DNA from: Desulfatiglandales bacterium
Lineage (GTDB): Bacteria > Desulfobacterota > DSM-4660 > Desulfatiglandales > HGW-15
DNA length: 64,000 bases
Reading direction: 5' to 3'
Assembly (NCBI GenBank): GCA_963667015.2
Contig: CAXXJJ010000004.1
Span: forward strand, 3,616,001 to 3,680,000
The position numbers and the translations under genes are program-made. A model generated the notes under the pieces. It did not search any database. It was not told the DNA's origin and saw only the letters and a list, made by a program, of their open reading frames with translations. Position 1 is the first letter of the stretch. Each line of letters begins with the position of its first letter. Below, piece by piece: positions 63,300 through 64,000 of the stretch.

Positions 63300-64000
63300 C
63301 TATGAACTAAGGTGACAAAAGGTAAGAATGGTCGCAATTGATGTTTGAAAGCTAACACTATCGCCCTCCTTAATCAGCTTATAAAGCAGTGCTTCCGGAC
63401 AATTGAGATGATTGCGCCAAACGTATCCTTCTTTAATAGATTTATACGCTTCATCGATATTATTATTTAATAAGCTTCTATCAAGCGTGAACGCGGCATT
63501 AGATGCTTCATACTCCAACATCCTGGCATTTAAATAACTGGCGAATTCGGACAGGCTTTTCATTGTGGACGAAAATCGTGCAGCCAAGAACTCTTTATTT
63601 TTAAAACACCAGGATATATTATTATCATGATTGCGTTGGTCAGATTTCGAATCTTCATCAAGTCCATTGAGGTAATCTAAATATATTTTCTCTGCCCTCC
63701 CAATAAGGTTCAACGCTTTACCATAAATGCATTCTTCATTATCAAAATCTTTAAAATCTCCTGTTTTATTTCTATAGCTGTTTTCAAACATCTCCACAAA
63801 AAGTGTCCGCAATAAATAAACATCTACAGGAATCCTCCTTTTTTGTTTAGGATCAATCTCAATTAAATGCTGCAAAAGGAGGCGAAAAAAAAGATCAAAA
63901 TCCGAAAAAAAACCAAATTCATACCCAAGCACCTCAGCTGTTAACTCTATTAAAAAATTAAACCATACAACCGGAGAACGTTTATTCCATAGCACCCGTT
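63300..64000 (-). CDS. Hypothetical protein (5' end outside the window), likely co-transcribed with the HD gene
   Basis: Frame open to the window end; 9 nt from the HD gene start; AT-rich. Confidence 0.65.
   Translation of the reverse strand, partial: RVLWNKRSPVVWFNFLIELTAEVLGYEFGFFSDFDLFFRLLLQHLIEIDPKQKRRIPVDVYLLRTLFVEMFENSYRNKTGDFKDFDNEECIYGKALNLIGRAEKIYLDYLNGLDEDSKSDQRNHDNNISWCFKNKEFLAARFSSTMKSLSEFASYLNARMLEYEASNAAFTLDRSLLNNNIDEAYKSIKEGYVWRNHLNCPEALLYKLIKEGDSVSFQTSIATILTFCHLSS

Overview
64-kb chromosomal segment of a bacterium, most likely Desulfobacterota (inferred from gene content and order and from sigma54-type promoters). Housekeeping blocks: korABC-type 2-oxoacid oxidoreductase, suhB, queA-tgt-yajC-secDF, alr-argS-SPOR-argA-tatBC, grpE-dnaK, purC, clpB, hisD, tRNA-Lys and tRNA-Glu. 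Three accessory zones interrupt them. (1) 3.0-6.7 kb: a RelE-type toxin-antitoxin pair with a Cys-rich insert, an Imm11-like immunity gene, an AHH-like toxin tail, and an in-frame Rhs::RAYT-transposase chimera. (2) 9-28 kb, rich in signalling genes: GGDEF, HD-GYP, a c-di-GMP-I riboswitch before a fliL-like gene, a GlrK/QseG/GlrR-like triad, a FIST plus hybrid kinase pair next to a small putative regulator bracketed by three perfect GTTACATGTAAC palindromes, a probable secreted UxxC selenoprotein that the ORF caller split at an in-frame UGA, and several internally collapsed pseudogenes. (3) From 61.9 kb: the edge of a probable island at tRNA-Glu carrying an HD-type hydrolase operon, a candidate defence system. 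A SLAM-like barrel lies near a large FecR-domain protein and may form a type XI secretion pair. All calls come from reading motifs by eye; no searches were run.
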